Origin: an uncultured Chlamydiae bacterium
Lineage (GTDB): Bacteria; Chlamydiota; Chlamydiia; Chlamydiales; SM23-39
Length of the DNA stretch: 64,000 nucleotides
Reading direction: 5' to 3'
Assembly (NCBI GenBank): GCA_963730605.1
Contig: CAVSSM010000002.1
Span: forward strand, 320,001 to 384,000
Part shown: in pieces, positions 31,449-41,886 of the stretch
Layout: every line of letters begins with the position of its first letter
How positions within the stretch are numbered: the stretch's first letter is position 1
Made by a program: the position numbers and the translations under genes
The notes under the pieces: model-generated
Seen by the model: only the letters and a program-made list of their open reading frames with translations
Database searches by the model: none
Told to the model about the DNA's origin: nothing

Positions 31449-32447
31449 ATGAGTTACAATGTAATTTTTTCAGCGATGACTAGATGGGCCAACAGTCAGG
31501 TCCCTTTAAATACAATTGAAAAGGAGCCTCCAGCGGCCCCTGAAAAGTTGCCTTCATTGATCGCATCTATTGGGAATTGGCTTGCCCGATCATCTTCAGA
31601 GGATCAGAAGCCGCTCACCCCGACCCCAATTCAGGTCACCTCAAGTCAGCAAACTCAGAGCATCCGCATAGATCATCAGTCTCTCGAGGAACCTTTGAAG
31701 GATCAGGTTTATATAAAAATTGATGTAAAAGCTAAGTTGAATTTTCGGGATTTTTTATCTCCCAATGAACAAAGTCCAAAGAACGTAAAGCCACACCTTG
31801 AGCCAATGTCTCAAGGATTGATGGTGTCAACGGGTACCGAAAGAAGCTTTTATGACCTTTTGCTCAGCAGTGAAGAGAAATGCACAGGGCTCGTAGTAAG
31901 AGATATTAACCCAAGAGTTAAGGCCTATGTAGACTTTGTGATCCTTCTTCTTCGAATTTGCGATACAAGAGAAGAATTTCTGAAATTATCAAGTAATCCC
32001 AAAAAGAAGGGATTTGATGCAAGAATCGAACTCATCAAAGAAAAACTCATTGGAAGCGATGTGCCTACACAGATCAAAGAGTATTATTTAACGCACCTTT
32101 CCGATTTCGCGACGATCTATTTTCCGGAAAAGCATCTACCGGAACATGGAGATAATACTCAGACAGATTATCGTTCGGATGATCGACTTTTTGCGAAACT
32201 ACAGAGATATGCAAAAGCTGGAGCGATTATAGCCACAGTAGGATCAATCAACGATCTCCAATTTTTGGGCGACCAAAAAGTGGCGGTTGTCGACACATCG
32301 AATGTCTGCGACTACGAAGAGATCAACTTAAAAGGAAACGGTGAATTCAATCCAATCACCATCTGGACGAAGGTACCATTGGGCGATGCCCAATATTTCT
32401 CTCATCCGTTCGATTCCTGGTACAAAACAATCACCTGGCAATCTTGA
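31449..32447 (+). CDS. Hypothetical protein (effector-like, low-complexity N-terminus)
   Basis: 332-aa ORF behind an AT-rich promoter region; no recognised motif. Confidence 0.7.
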   Translation: MSYNVIFSAMTRWANSQVPLNTIEKEPPAAPEKLPSLIASIGNWLARSSSEDQKPLTPTPIQVTSSQQTQSIRIDHQSLEEPLKDQVYIKIDVKAKLNFRDFLSPNEQSPKNVKPHLEPMSQGLMVSTGTERSFYDLLLSSEEKCTGLVVRDINPRVKAYVDFVILLLRICDTREEFLKLSSNPKKKGFDARIELIKEKLIGSDVPTQIKEYYLTHLSDFATIYFPEKHLPEHGDNTQTDYRSDDRLFAKLQRYAKAGAIIATVGSINDLQFLGDQKVAVVDTSNVCDYEEINLKGNGEFNPITIWTKVPLGDAQYFSHPFDSWYKTITWQS

Positions 32448-32523
32448 ATGACAAAGCTAGCAACCTTTCCCCTTTACATTTTCCTCGTCCTTTCTTAAAA
32501 TCTTCCTCCTAAATAGGTGAGCG

Positions 32524-33849
32524 ATGTCCGGCATAGGGAGTTTTTTGGAGAGATACGAATTTCTGAACCTGACGAAATCGGTGACCGAATCGCAGATGTC
32601 CCTCTACAAAAAGCCGAACGAAACCTGGTCGCAAATCGGAAGCAAACTCTATCACATCTCCTTGTACAACGGCTTGAGCATAGGTGCGGTGGGCGCCGAT
32701 GTCGCGGTCTATTTGGCTCTCTCGACGCTCCGCAGCATGGGGCTCTTTTGCTCGCCGCCGCCTCAGCCGCCTGTGTTTCCATTTCCTCAGGACAACGTGC
32801 AATTCATCGACTGCGCCATCAAGCGAGCCCTCTGGGATTGGGACCTTTGGGCCCGTAAAGAAATCGAAGAAGGGATCGAATCGAGCTTCTCTGAAAAATG
32901 GAATGTCTTTGCAGTCGTCGGCGAATGGTCGCTTGGCTTTTCGCTCGAGAATATGGCAAGAGGCAGCTACTTCAAACCCACATTCCTAACGATTTCCGAA
33001 CAGCTTGAAAACGGAGCCTCCTTTCGCTCCGTTTGCACCGACTTTGCGAAATTGTGGCAAAGCGAAAAGCAAGCGATTCTCAAAGCATTGTACACTCAAA
33101 ACGCTCCTCCGGCGCTTGGGTTTAGAGCAAAAAAAGTGTATCAAGATATTCGGGCCCTTGCATCGAAACTGCATCATGGGAACCAGAATTATCTCACTGC
33201 CTATGCCGAGTATTTAAAACGGAAAAGTTCTCCCGCCTTATCCCCAACCCAGGCGCCCAGAATGAATTCAGGAGTGAATTCAGAAGTGAATTTCCAACCT
33301 CCGGCCCATGCCTCTGTTATCCCCTTTCCCGTTATCGCCAAAGTCGATGCGGCTTTGGGACCTCCCCCTCCCGTAGTTCCCAGCGCACCTCCTCTTCTGA
33401 CCGAACGGGATCTCGAAGAGGAGATGGCTTTGGGCGTCGCTTTTTTAAGACGCGCCGTGAGCGGCTTGCCGAATAGCCGCCGGCTTCGCTCTGACATCCT
33501 CAGCGATGAGACCCATCCCTCCAGCCTAGCATCTCCCAAAACCTTAAGCGCCAGGCTTGCTTTGCTTCAGGCTTTCTCTGCCGAAAATCGCCCCTCATTC
33601 TTCCCCTGGAACCAAAGCCTTGAAAACGGTAAGACATTTCGCCAGGCCTTGCAAGACGCAGCGGCTTTAACAAAATCCGACTCCCTAAAATTGCAAGACG
33701 CGCTTATCGATCCTTGGCGAAGCAGGAATCTCAGCGCATCACTAAAAGAAAGGCTCAAAGACCTGAACGAATTTGGGAAGATTCTTGCCGAAAGCAAAGA
33801 CTTTTTAAAAGTCTACGAAGCCCTCCGCATCGATTTACTGGCTTCGTAA
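32524..33849 (+). CDS. Hypothetical protein with an internal duplicated helical domain
   Basis: EQLENGASFRS / QSLENGKTFRQ duplicated around a Pro-rich linker. Confidence 0.7.
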   Translation: MSGIGSFLERYEFLNLTKSVTESQMSLYKKPNETWSQIGSKLYHISLYNGLSIGAVGADVAVYLALSTLRSMGLFCSPPPQPPVFPFPQDNVQFIDCAIKRALWDWDLWARKEIEEGIESSFSEKWNVFAVVGEWSLGFSLENMARGSYFKPTFLTISEQLENGASFRSVCTDFAKLWQSEKQAILKALYTQNAPPALGFRAKKVYQDIRALASKLHHGNQNYLTAYAEYLKRKSSPALSPTQAPRMNSGVNSEVNFQPPAHASVIPFPVIAKVDAALGPPPPVVPSAPPLLTERDLEEEMALGVAFLRRAVSGLPNSRRLRSDILSDETHPSSLASPKTLSARLALLQAFSAENRPSFFPWNQSLENGKTFRQALQDAAALTKSDSLKLQDALIDPWRSRNLSASLKERLKDLNEFGKILAESKDFLKVYEALRIDLLAS

Positions 33850-33856
33850 GAACCTA

Positions 33857-34038
33857 GAGGCAGTTGCAAAACTCCACACCTGCGAAAAATCGATGATTTT
33901 GGCGACCTCTCGTCAGAACCGGCATGCCGGTTCTGACAGCAGCGACGAGACCATACTTGAGAAAGTAGGCGAGTCGCTGCTGCGACGAGGGGCGCCAAAA
34001 GGGCGGTTTTGCGCGGTGAAGAGTTTTGCAATTGGCTC
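33857..34038. mobile_element. MITE, 182 bp, with 4-bp target duplication CCTA
   Basis: TIR GAGGCAGTTGCAAAACTC / GAGTTTTGCAATTGGCTC; CCTA at 33853-33856 and 34039-34042; internal hairpin GTCAGAACCGGCATGCCGGTTCTGAC. Confidence 0.85.
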
Positions 34039-34169
34039 CCTATCCAAATAAAAAGTTTCAGTCAATTTTTCGGTAAGCGGCCAAAATAATCCAAAAACTC
34101 GACGAAAAATTTTACTTGGATAGGTTCCAAGGTTGACCGGCCTCCCTACTCCAGATATTCTAAGTCGGT

Positions 34170-35990
34170 ATGTTTGATCCGCGCACTTTGGCTCTTTACC
34201 CAGACCAGCCGGGCGTCTACTTGATGAAAGATGGCGTGGGACGAGTCCTTTACATCGGCAAGGCAAAAAGCCTTCGCTCTCGCTTGAAGCAATATTATGC
34301 GGTCTCCGGCGACCAGAGGGAGATGGTCCCCTATCTTCGGGCCCAGGTGGAGGCGATCGATACGATCGTCGCGCTCACGGAAAAAGACGCCCTCATCCTG
34401 GAAAACAACCTGATCAAGCGGCACCTTCCCAAATACAACGTTCTCCTCAAAGATGATAAGGCCTATATCAGCTTGGTTGTCACGCGCCACAAGTGGCCAA
34501 TGATCCGCCTCATCCGGTTCAAAGAAAAACCTCCGAAAAACATCGGCACCATCTTCGGCCCCTACACGAACGCTCTTGCCGCAAGGCAAACCTTCGATCT
34601 CATCTCCCGCCTCTTTCCTTTACGCCAATGTTCCGACGCTGAACTCGCCTCCCGCGCAAGGCCGTGTCTCCTCTATGATATCAAGCGGTGCATCGCCCCT
34701 TGCGTCGAAAAATGCTCCGAGGACGAATACCAAAGGCATGTGGATGGCGCGATGCGCCTTCTCAAAGGGCAGGACAAAGAAGTGGTTCGGGATTTGCGAA
34801 GAAGGATGGAGGCCGCATCGGACGCCCTCGAATTCGAGAAGGCAGACGAGTACCTCAGAATGATCGAGCAGATCGAACATGTCACACAAGTGCAGCATGT
34901 CGATAACCCTGCCGCTAAAGATTGCGACGTCCTCGGCCTCTACCGCGAAGCCGATGCGGTCCTCATCGCGCTTCTCTATTTTCGGGATGGCAAGATCGTC
35001 GGCTCCAAGCATTTCAGCTTTCATCTCATCGCGGGAGACGATGCGGAAGTGCTAGAATCGTTCCTCCTCCAACATTACAAATACTTAGGAGCCTGGCCTC
35101 AGGAGATCCTAATCCCCACCGAACTGCCGCAGCAAACTGCGCTCGAAGAAATCCTTTCCGAGTCGGCAGGAAGACGGGTCGCCGTTCTCGCACCCCAAAA
35201 GGGAAAAAAACGGGATCTCATCGAAATGGGCTTGCGCAACGCAACCGCGCTGTTTGTGCGCGAGCAAGACGCCCGCTCTCTCAAAGAAAAGATGCTCCTC
35301 GACCTGCAAGAAACGCTCCAACTGACCCGTTTCCCGCGCAGGATCGAATGTTTCGATACCTCTAATATCTCTGGAACTGACCCGGTGGCAAGCCTTGCCT
35401 CCTTTGTCCATGGGGAAAAGGACGCCCCGCGCACCCGGCTCTTTAAGATCAAAGATGTGGACAGGGCGGATGACTATACCGCAATGAAGCAAGTGCTGAG
35501 ACGCCACTTCACCAAAGAAAAAGAAAAAGGGGATTTTTGCGATCTCCTCATCGTCGACGGGGGGAAGGGCCATCTCAATTTGAGCTTGGCTGTTTTTGAG
35601 GAGCTCGGCATCGCTTCCATCGATGTGATCGCGGTATCGAAAGAAGAAGCGCGCCACGATAAAGGGCTGACCCAAGAAAAGATATTTCTGCCCCATCGTA
35701 AAGACCCGGTCCTCATCGACCCACGCTCGCCGCTCCTTTTCCTTCTGCAGCGAATCCGCGATGAGGCTCACAGGATGGCTATCGGTTTCCACCGCAAAAG
35801 GCGCTCGAAAAGGATGCTCTCAAGCGCGCTCGACGAGATCCCGGGCATCGGCCCGATCAAAAAAAAGAGACTGCTCCAGCGTTTCGGCAGCGTGAAAGGG
35901 ATCAAGGCTGCAAGCGTTGAAGAATGGGGAGCAGTCAAGGGGATCACGAAGCGCGATATCGAGACTCTCCTTAAGTTAAAGGAGAGTTGA
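34170..35990 (+). CDS. uvrC: Excinuclease ABC subunit C
   Basis: GIY-YIG (PGVYLM..YIGKAKSLR), UVR domain, IECFD, DGGKG, RDEAHR, HhH. Confidence 0.98.
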   Translation: MFDPRTLALYPDQPGVYLMKDGVGRVLYIGKAKSLRSRLKQYYAVSGDQREMVPYLRAQVEAIDTIVALTEKDALILENNLIKRHLPKYNVLLKDDKAYISLVVTRHKWPMIRLIRFKEKPPKNIGTIFGPYTNALAARQTFDLISRLFPLRQCSDAELASRARPCLLYDIKRCIAPCVEKCSEDEYQRHVDGAMRLLKGQDKEVVRDLRRRMEAASDALEFEKADEYLRMIEQIEHVTQVQHVDNPAAKDCDVLGLYREADAVLIALLYFRDGKIVGSKHFSFHLIAGDDAEVLESFLLQHYKYLGAWPQEILIPTELPQQTALEEILSESAGRRVAVLAPQKGKKRDLIEMGLRNATALFVREQDARSLKEKMLLDLQETLQLTRFPRRIECFDTSNISGTDPVASLASFVHGEKDAPRTRLFKIKDVDRADDYTAMKQVLRRHFTKEKEKGDFCDLLIVDGGKGHLNLSLAVFEELGIASIDVIAVSKEEARHDKGLTQEKIFLPHRKDPVLIDPRSPLLFLLQRIRDEAHRMAIGFHRKRRSKRMLSSALDEIPGIGPIKKKRLLQRFGSVKGIKAASVEEWGAVKGITKRDIETLLKLKES

Positions 35991-35994
35991 GCGG

Positions 35995-36562
35995 CTATCG
36001 AATCTTCACTTCTGGCCCTTTCAATTGCTTCACTATAGGCTTCGTAGAATTGGCCTGCATCGCTTGCTTCCGGATCAAGGAGGGTTCAGACGCTTCATAG
36101 CTCTCAAGTCCCCCTTTTCGGCCTTTTCCAGAGCTTTACTATATGCTTTCGGGAAGGTAATTGTATCTTCAAAAATCCCCCCTTCTTTCCTGATATCCTC
36201 AAGAATGGCGTGCAATTCAGGGCTTTCATAAGCAAAGAAGGCATTACGCCTTGGTTTGCCAGACTTGCAAAGCTTTTTCAGAGTATCTGCATCACAAAGA
36301 GTCTTTCTCGCTTCCACTCCTTTACAAAAGCGTCGGTGGCCATTTCATTGTTCCGGCATTTGTCAGGGTGTACCTTGAAAGCGATCTCATGGAAGAGTTT
36401 CCGGATGGCTTTGCATCCATCTTGGCAGTACGAAGCCTGATTGAACGGTTTGAAGAAGGAAAGAATCTTCGCTGCATCGCCATCATATTGCGGATCTAAA
36501 TGAGTAGTAGCCAATGCTTGAACGATCGGATGGCATGCCGAATTAGAATTAATAATTGTCAT
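35995..36562 (-). pseudogene. J-domain (HPD) protein with frameshifts
   Basis: IRKLFHEIAFKVHPDKC..ATDAFVK then frameshift to EARKTL; probable second shift near 36080. Confidence 0.65.
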
Positions 36563-36620
36563 TTTATCTCATTAATTTATTTTTTAAACAAATGGATTAT
36601 GTCAAAATTTGGCACAAAAT

Positions 36621-37148
36621 TCAAGGATTATGAATCCCAGAATAAGGAGTTTTAACGACGAGGCCGAAGGGCTTGGAGTAGCCGAATTTCTCTTCGAGAA
36701 GGGGGACGAGTTGCTTTTGCACGGCGGCAAAAAGCTCTTCGCGGACGAGTTCAACGGAGGGGGCCAAAGAGATTTCGATTTCGAGTTTGCCGCCGCGAGC
36801 CACATAGAGGTCGGATAACGCGATTTGCGGGCCGAACTGGCCCTTGAGACACTCTTCGACTGTTTTGTAAACGGCCGCCGCATCGATAGAAATGGGATTT
36901 CCTCCCATCGAGATCCGTAAGTAACGCCCCCGGCTTAAAAAATAGAATCCTCCGATGAGGACAATCGCAGCGGCCATCAAGAAGGCCCCGACTAGGTGGC
37001 ATAGACTCGGACTGGCAAGGAGAACATCGGAAATCTTGAGTCGAAGCAACGGCCGGAAGGGGAGGCTAAAGAAAAAGATAGCGCCCGCAAAAAAGGAAAA
37101 CCCGGCGAAGAGTTGGAGAAGAGAGAGCATCGCGTTTTGCGAGTTCAT
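36621..37148 (-). CDS. Membrane protein (two TM helices), co-transcribed with the Asp23 gene
   Basis: Two hydrophobic helices; adjacent to an Asp23-family gene (AmaP-like context). Confidence 0.7.
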   Translation of the reverse strand: MNSQNAMLSLLQLFAGFSFFAGAIFFFSLPFRPLLRLKISDVLLASPSLCHLVGAFLMAAAIVLIGGFYFLSRGRYLRISMGGNPISIDAAAVYKTVEECLKGQFGPQIALSDLYVARGGKLEIEISLAPSVELVREELFAAVQKQLVPLLEEKFGYSKPFGLVVKTPYSGIHNP

Positions 37149-37156
37149 AAAATACT

Positions 37157-37603
37157 TTAAAACGCTTCTTCGAATGCCCCTGCTTCTTGAGCAGTCCCTT
37201 CAGGGGGAATCCCCACTTCGGCTTCTGTCTGGATAAGGTCCTTGAAAATCACATGAACCGATGCCACATGGAGACCTGTCCAGCGGCTGATTTCTTCCAC
37301 TAAGCGGGTTTGGATCTCTTCAGCCTTTTCCGGGATCGCAACGCCAAAAGCGATATTGATTTCCACGCGGATATCAACCGAATGTTTTTTTTGATCTTGT
37401 TCGACGTGGATCCCCTTGACACTCTCAATTTCACGTCCCAGCAGGCTATCGAAAAGACTACCCTCCAGCAGCCCTATGCCGGAAATTTTCGCAAGGGTCT
37501 GTACAACGATCCCTTGAAAAACGCGTGTTTCTATGTCGCGGACGAACACCGTATCGGGAAGTTCGATCTCCCTGGCATCCATATTCTTGAACGAGTCGTA
37601 CAT
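37157..37603 (-). CDS. Asp23/Gls24 family protein
   Basis: VKGIHVE..VDIRVEINIAFGVAIPEKAEEIQ..TGLHVASVHV. Confidence 0.9.
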   Translation of the reverse strand: MYDSFKNMDAREIELPDTVFVRDIETRVFQGIVVQTLAKISGIGLLEGSLFDSLLGREIESVKGIHVEQDQKKHSVDIRVEINIAFGVAIPEKAEEIQTRLVEEISRWTGLHVASVHVIFKDLIQTEAEVGIPPEGTAQEAGAFEEAF

Positions 37604-37700
37604 AGGCGGCCCCCCCTATCAATCGAGCCCCAGTATAGCAGAATGTATGGCTCAATGGAAAGTATTTCCCTCATTCTGCTATAGTCTGGATTAAAAAATT

Positions 37701-38117
37701 ATGCATATTCCCATTACCCCGCTAACTATCGTAGCCGCCCTTCTGACCGGCGCTTTGGGTGCCTATCTTGCCCATAGGCGCGGCCACAATCCCTATATTT
37801 GGTTCTGCATCGGCTCCTTTTTCGGCATCCTAGGAGCTTTTGCGATCTTCTTCGCCCCGTCTAGAAAAAACACCTTGGCAAAACTCGAACCGGAGCCCCC
37901 CGTACAGCAATTGCTTCCCGGGATTCAAGGCCCATCGGACAAATTCTGGTATTATTTGAATCAGGAACACCAGCAGATCGGCCCCATGAGTCTTGAGGGA
38001 CTGACCAATGCTTGGCGGCAAGGAAAAATTTCTCTTACGACTTATGTATGGAACGAGGAGCTTCCAGATTGGAAGCCCCTTCGAGAATTACAAGTGTCTA
38101 ATTGCAAAAATCCTTAA
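37701..38117 (+). CDS. Membrane protein with GYF_2 (DUF4339) domain
   Basis: WYYL..QQIGPMS..L..G.I...TYVW..L.DWKPL after two TM helices. Confidence 0.85.
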   Translation: MHIPITPLTIVAALLTGALGAYLAHRRGHNPYIWFCIGSFFGILGAFAIFFAPSRKNTLAKLEPEPPVQQLLPGIQGPSDKFWYYLNQEHQQIGPMSLEGLTNAWRQGKISLTTYVWNEELPDWKPLRELQVSNCKNP

Positions 38118-38130
38118 ATCTGAACTCTAG

Positions 38131-38436
38131 CTACCAGCTCGCCTTAACGATACCGGGGATGAGGCCCTGGTTGGCCATCTCTCTGAAGCAGAGGCGGGAG
38201 AGCTTAAATTTTCTTAAAAAACCTCTAGCGCGTCCTGTCAATTGACAGCGGTTGCGCAGGCGCACGGGCGAGGAGTTCTTGGGCATTTTATTCAGCGCAT
38301 CGACTGCATTGAGCCTCTCTTCGATAGGCTTCGTCATATCGAGAATGACCTGTTTCAGCGCTTGGCGTTTATTCCACCTGGTTTTCACCATCCGTTCTCT
38401 TTTCTTTTGCTTGGCGATCGAAGATTTTTTTGCCAT
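38131..38436 (-). CDS. rpsN: 30S ribosomal protein S14
   Basis: [36 protein letters not shown]. Confidence 0.98.
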   Translation of the reverse strand: MAKKSSIAKQKKRERMVKTRWNKRQALKQVILDMTKPIEERLNAVDALNKMPKNSSPVRLRNRCQLTGRARGFLRKFKLSRLCFREMANQGLIPGIVKASW

Positions 38437-38438
38437 GT

Positions 38439-38576
38439 TTATTTCCTTCTGGCAGGCCCTTTCTGGCGCTGCTTGCGGTTTGGGTCTTTCTTGTTAATCA
38501 CGTAGATGCGGCCTTTCCGGCGGACGATGATGTCCCCCTTGGAAGGATCCGCTTTAATGGAAGCTCCGACTTTCAT
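38439..38576 (-). CDS. rpmJ: 50S ribosomal protein L36
   Basis: Manual translation [45 protein letters not shown]. Confidence 0.95.
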   Translation of the reverse strand: MKVGASIKADPSKGDIIVRRKGRIYVINKKDPNRKQRQKGPARRK

Positions 38577-38711
38577 GAAATTTCCTCTTTCGATGACTGG
38601 GATGATACCCTATCCCCTCATTTGCCTTCAAGACCTTCACTGCAACGTTGAGAATTTAATCGCAGATGAGATATCCTTGCCCTCAGCAACCCATTTTTAG
38701 GATGAAAACTA

Positions 38712-38846
38712 ATGAAACGGACCTTCCAACCCACGAAACTCCGCCGCAAACGGAAATTCGGCTTCCGCGCCCGTATGAAAACCACCAATGGGCGGAAAGT
38801 GATCAACCGTCGCCGCAGAGCCGGCCGCAAAACCCTCTCGAAATAG
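38712..38846 (+). CDS. rpmH: 50S ribosomal protein L34
   Basis: Manual translation [44 protein letters not shown]. Confidence 0.97.
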   Translation: MKRTFQPTKLRRKRKFGFRARMKTTNGRKVINRRRRAGRKTLSK

Positions 38847-38854
38847 GCCTCTCG

Positions 38855-39190
38855 GTGCCTGCCCCCCGCCGCACCTTCTCTAAAAAGGATCGCCTTTTGA
38901 AGCGGCGCGAGTACAAGCGGCTCTCGCGCGAAGGAAAGCGGCTGGTCGGCGCCCGCCTCTGCATCGATTGCGCAAAAAGCTCGAAGGGCACCCGCCTTGG
39001 GATCACTGCGTCCACCCGTTATGGCGATGCTCCCGAGAGGAACCGCTTCAAACGGCTTGTGCGGGAAGCGTTCCGCCTGGGCCGAGCCCAGATCCCTTCC
39101 GGCGTCGACCTTAATGTCATCCCCCGCCAACTGGCCAAAACGGCAACCCTCGCCGAGATCCAAGCTGAAATTTTTCGTTTGCTATGTTAA
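38855..39190 (+). CDS. rnpA: Ribonuclease P protein component
   Basis: RLLKRREY, RLGITAS..G.A.ERNRFKRLVREAFR; follows rpmH; probable GTG start. Confidence 0.95.
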   Translation: MPAPRRTFSKKDRLLKRREYKRLSREGKRLVGARLCIDCAKSSKGTRLGITASTRYGDAPERNRFKRLVREAFRLGRAQIPSGVDLNVIPRQLAKTATLAEIQAEIFRLLC

Positions 39191-41124
39191 ATCAAGCGCA
39201 GCAAAAAGCGGTTTGCAGCACGGAAGGGCGGCTCCTCGTATTAGCCGGGGCCGGAAGCGGCAAAACCCGAGTCATCGTCCACCGGATTGCCCACCTCATC
39301 CGCGAGAAGGGCGTTGCTCCCCAGGCGATCTTGGGGCTTACCTTCACGAATAAAGCCGCCGCGGAAATGCGGGAGAGAGTCCAATCGCTCATCGGGGCGG
39401 AAAATGCCCGTCTCGCGACCCTTTCGACCTTCCATAGCTTTTGCATGCAAGTGCTCCGAAAAGAGATCGGCAGGCTCGGCTACACCCGCGATTTCAGCCT
39501 CTACAATGAAAGCGACATGGACCGCGTCGTCAAGCAGCTTGCTCGGGAAATGCTGGGACATGTTGGGGAGATGCCATCGCTTGCGTCCACGAAAGCGGCG
39601 TTAACTCAAAACAGACAATCTGCCGAAAGTTCTACATGGCATGACCAATTTTCCAAAGATCTCCATGAGCGGCTCCAATCGACTTTGCGCGCCTACAACG
39701 CGGTCAGTTTCGATCATTTGATCACTTTAACCATTCGGCTCTTCGAAAAGCATCCCGAAGTGCTGGACCGCTATCAAGACCGATTCCGCTATCTGATGAT
39801 CGACGAGTACCAAGATACGAATCCGCCACAGTTCCGTCTGGCCGAGCTGCTCTCGGCCAAATTCGGAAACCTTTGCGTGGTCGGCGACGACGACCAATCG
39901 ATTTACGGATGGCGCGGGGCCGAAGTGAGCCATATCCTCCATTTCAAAGCCGGCCAAACCATCAAATTGGAGCAAAATTACCGCTCGACTCCCTCGATCC
40001 TCGACGCGGCAAACGCGGTGATCGCCCATAACAAAAACCGCCACGATAAAAAACTTTGGAGCTCCGAGAGGCCGGGAGAGCCGATCGAAGTTTTCAATGC
40101 GCCAACGGACGCCGAAGAGGCTGCGGGGGTCATTGCCCGCCTTCTTCGATTGAGGGAAAAAGAAGGGTTGAAATGGCGCGACATGGCGATCCTTTACCGC
40201 TCGAACGCCCTCTCGCGCCAGTTCGAGATCGCCCTCATGCAAGCCTCTTGGCAAAAAGGGGGCCATTGGATCCGTGGTATTCCGTACGAGGTATTCGGAG
40301 GGCTCGAATTTTCTGAAAGAAGCGAAATCAAAGACCTCCTCGCCTATCTTCGGGTCATTGCAAATGAACGGGACGAAGAGGCGATGCTTCGGATCATCAA
40401 CGTCCCGAGAAGAGGCGTCTCGGACGCTCTTCTCGATGAGTTGACGCAAATCAACCGCGCTGAAAAAGTCCCGCTTTGGAATATCCTCCTCGACGTCGCA
40501 TCAAACCAAAGAGAATTTCGCTCTCACCCTCGAGGCGTGAGCGGCATCCGCTCATTCGTGTCGTTGATTGACAAGGCCCGCAGCCGTTTTGGCAATATGC
40601 CGCTCTCCGAGACGCTCGTTTGGTTCTTGGAAGAGATCCAGTATAAAAAAGCGATCGAAGAGGAAGTGAAAAGCGAAAAAATGCGCCTATTTAAATGGGA
40701 AAACATAGAGGAGTGCGTGAATGCGCTCTCCCAATATGAACAAGAAGCAGAGGACCCAACCCTTTCCGACTTCATTGCGACGACCGCCCTTGGAAAACCG
40801 ACGTTTTCCGCTGAAATGAAAGAGTCTCAGGAAGACAAGGTGCAGCTCATGACCCTCCATAGCGCCAAGGGGCTCGAATTTCCCGCCTGTTTCATCGTCG
40901 GGCTTGAAGACCACATTCTTCCTCATGAAAAAAGCATGGCCGCCACAGGGATCGAAGAGGAGCGGCGGCTCTTTTATGTCGGGATCACCCGCGCGCGGAA
41001 GTTTTTGACCTTGAGCATGGCCCGCTCGCGGGTGCGGATGGGCAAGGCCCAGCCGACCAACCCTTCGCGCTTCTTATTCGAAATCCCCAAACATTTGTTG
41101 CAAGCAACTTCCCATAAATTATGA
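39184..41124 (+). CDS. uvrD: UvrD/PcrA/Rep-family DNA helicase
   Basis: LAGAGSGKT, TFTNKAA, IDEYQD, VGDDDQSIY, MTLHSAKGLEF, EERRLFYV. Confidence 0.95.
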   Translation: MLNQAQQKAVCSTEGRLLVLAGAGSGKTRVIVHRIAHLIREKGVAPQAILGLTFTNKAAAEMRERVQSLIGAENARLATLSTFHSFCMQVLRKEIGRLGYTRDFSLYNESDMDRVVKQLAREMLGHVGEMPSLASTKAALTQNRQSAESSTWHDQFSKDLHERLQSTLRAYNAVSFDHLITLTIRLFEKHPEVLDRYQDRFRYLMIDEYQDTNPPQFRLAELLSAKFGNLCVVGDDDQSIYGWRGAEVSHILHFKAGQTIKLEQNYRSTPSILDAANAVIAHNKNRHDKKLWSSERPGEPIEVFNAPTDAEEAAGVIARLLRLREKEGLKWRDMAILYRSNALSRQFEIALMQASWQKGGHWIRGIPYEVFGGLEFSERSEIKDLLAYLRVIANERDEEAMLRIINVPRRGVSDALLDELTQINRAEKVPLWNILLDVASNQREFRSHPRGVSGIRSFVSLIDKARSRFGNMPLSETLVWFLEEIQYKKAIEEEVKSEKMRLFKWENIEECVNALSQYEQEAEDPTLSDFIATTALGKPTFSAEMKESQEDKVQLMTLHSAKGLEFPACFIVGLEDHILPHEKSMAATGIEEERRLFYVGITRARKFLTLSMARSRVRMGKAQPTNPSRFLFEIPKHLLQATSHKL

Positions 41125-41561
41125 CAACCGCGATCCTTCGCCACCGGCGCGAAAACTTAAAAAAATGCTCGCTTAAGGGACTTGTTGGAAAAGAGGGCCT
41201 CAAGTTCTACACTTACCCCATCGATCCGCTGCCCAATTTTGCGGGATTTCTCCTCCTAAAAGTCGGAGCGCTCCCATTAACGCGAGCGGATTTGGGAAGA
41301 GATCTCCTTCTGATCGACGGAACCTGGCGGCTTGCCCAAGCGATCGAAAAAGCGCTGCCGCGCTTAGAGGCAAGAAGCCTCCCCTCTCATTACCGAACCG
41401 CCTACCCGCGCAAGCAAACCCATTGCCCCGATCCTGAGGCGGGGCTATCTTCCGTTGAAGCGCTCTACTTATCGCATCGGATCTTAGGACGCCCCTATGC
41501 CGATCTCCTTGATTTTTATCACTGGAAAGAACGGTTTCTAGAGTTGAACCTAGGTTCTTGA
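41121..41561 (+). CDS. DUF367/Tsr3-like (DTW-related) RNA modification protein
   Basis: KKCS, LLIDGTW, RSLP..TAYPR, LSSVEALY. Confidence 0.7.
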   Translation: MTTAILRHRRENLKKCSLKGLVGKEGLKFYTYPIDPLPNFAGFLLLKVGALPLTRADLGRDLLLIDGTWRLAQAIEKALPRLEARSLPSHYRTAYPRKQTHCPDPEAGLSSVEALYLSHRILGRPYADLLDFYHWKERFLELNLGS

Positions 41562-41566
41562 ATCTA

Positions 41567-41858
41567 TACACAAATGACTTCAAAAGTTGGGAATATGCCG
41601 AGGCTGCGGACACTTGAAAAAGCTCGGGGGTTCGAGCTTTTTCAAGGGAAGCAGCCCTGAATTTGAGCCAGGCCTTGCCGGCGCCGGGTCCGAGGTCCCC
41701 AAAAACGCATCGTTTTTGGGGTGGGCCGTTGCAGCTCAACTTGAAGTTGAGCGCCGGGGTCCCCGAAGACGCATCGTCTTTGGGGTGGGGTGCAGGCGGG
41801 CTCAAAGGCAGTGGCTGTCCGACGAAGGCAGAAACCAACTTTTGAAGTTGTTTGTGTA
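41567..41858. mobile_element. TA-flanked MITE, 292 bp, carrying two 36-bp palindromic modules
   Basis: TIR TACACAAATGACTTCAAAAGTTGG / CCAACTTTTGAAGTTGTTTGTGTA; TA at 41565-41566 and 41859-41860; body homologous to 44284-44557. Confidence 0.9.
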
Positions 41859-41886
41859 TATTGTCCTGATTCCGCAAGATCCGGTC

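Noticed and set aside
38666..38854. Long N-terminal extension of RnpA
   Set aside because: It overlaps rpmH in another frame; a start near 38855 gives a normal-sized protein.
41690..41789. 36-bp palindromic repeats with a 28-nt spacer read as a CRISPR mini-array (also at 44407-44521 and 59978-60058)
   Set aside because: Only two repeats per locus, spacers of 9-42 nt that are MITE backbone or hairpins, no leader, no cas genes, and the repeats are enclosed by transposon TIRs.
41587..41886. 100-aa N-terminal extension of the alanine symporter in the ORF track
   Set aside because: It is an open frame through the MITE; family similarity begins at MDSAFQ (41887).
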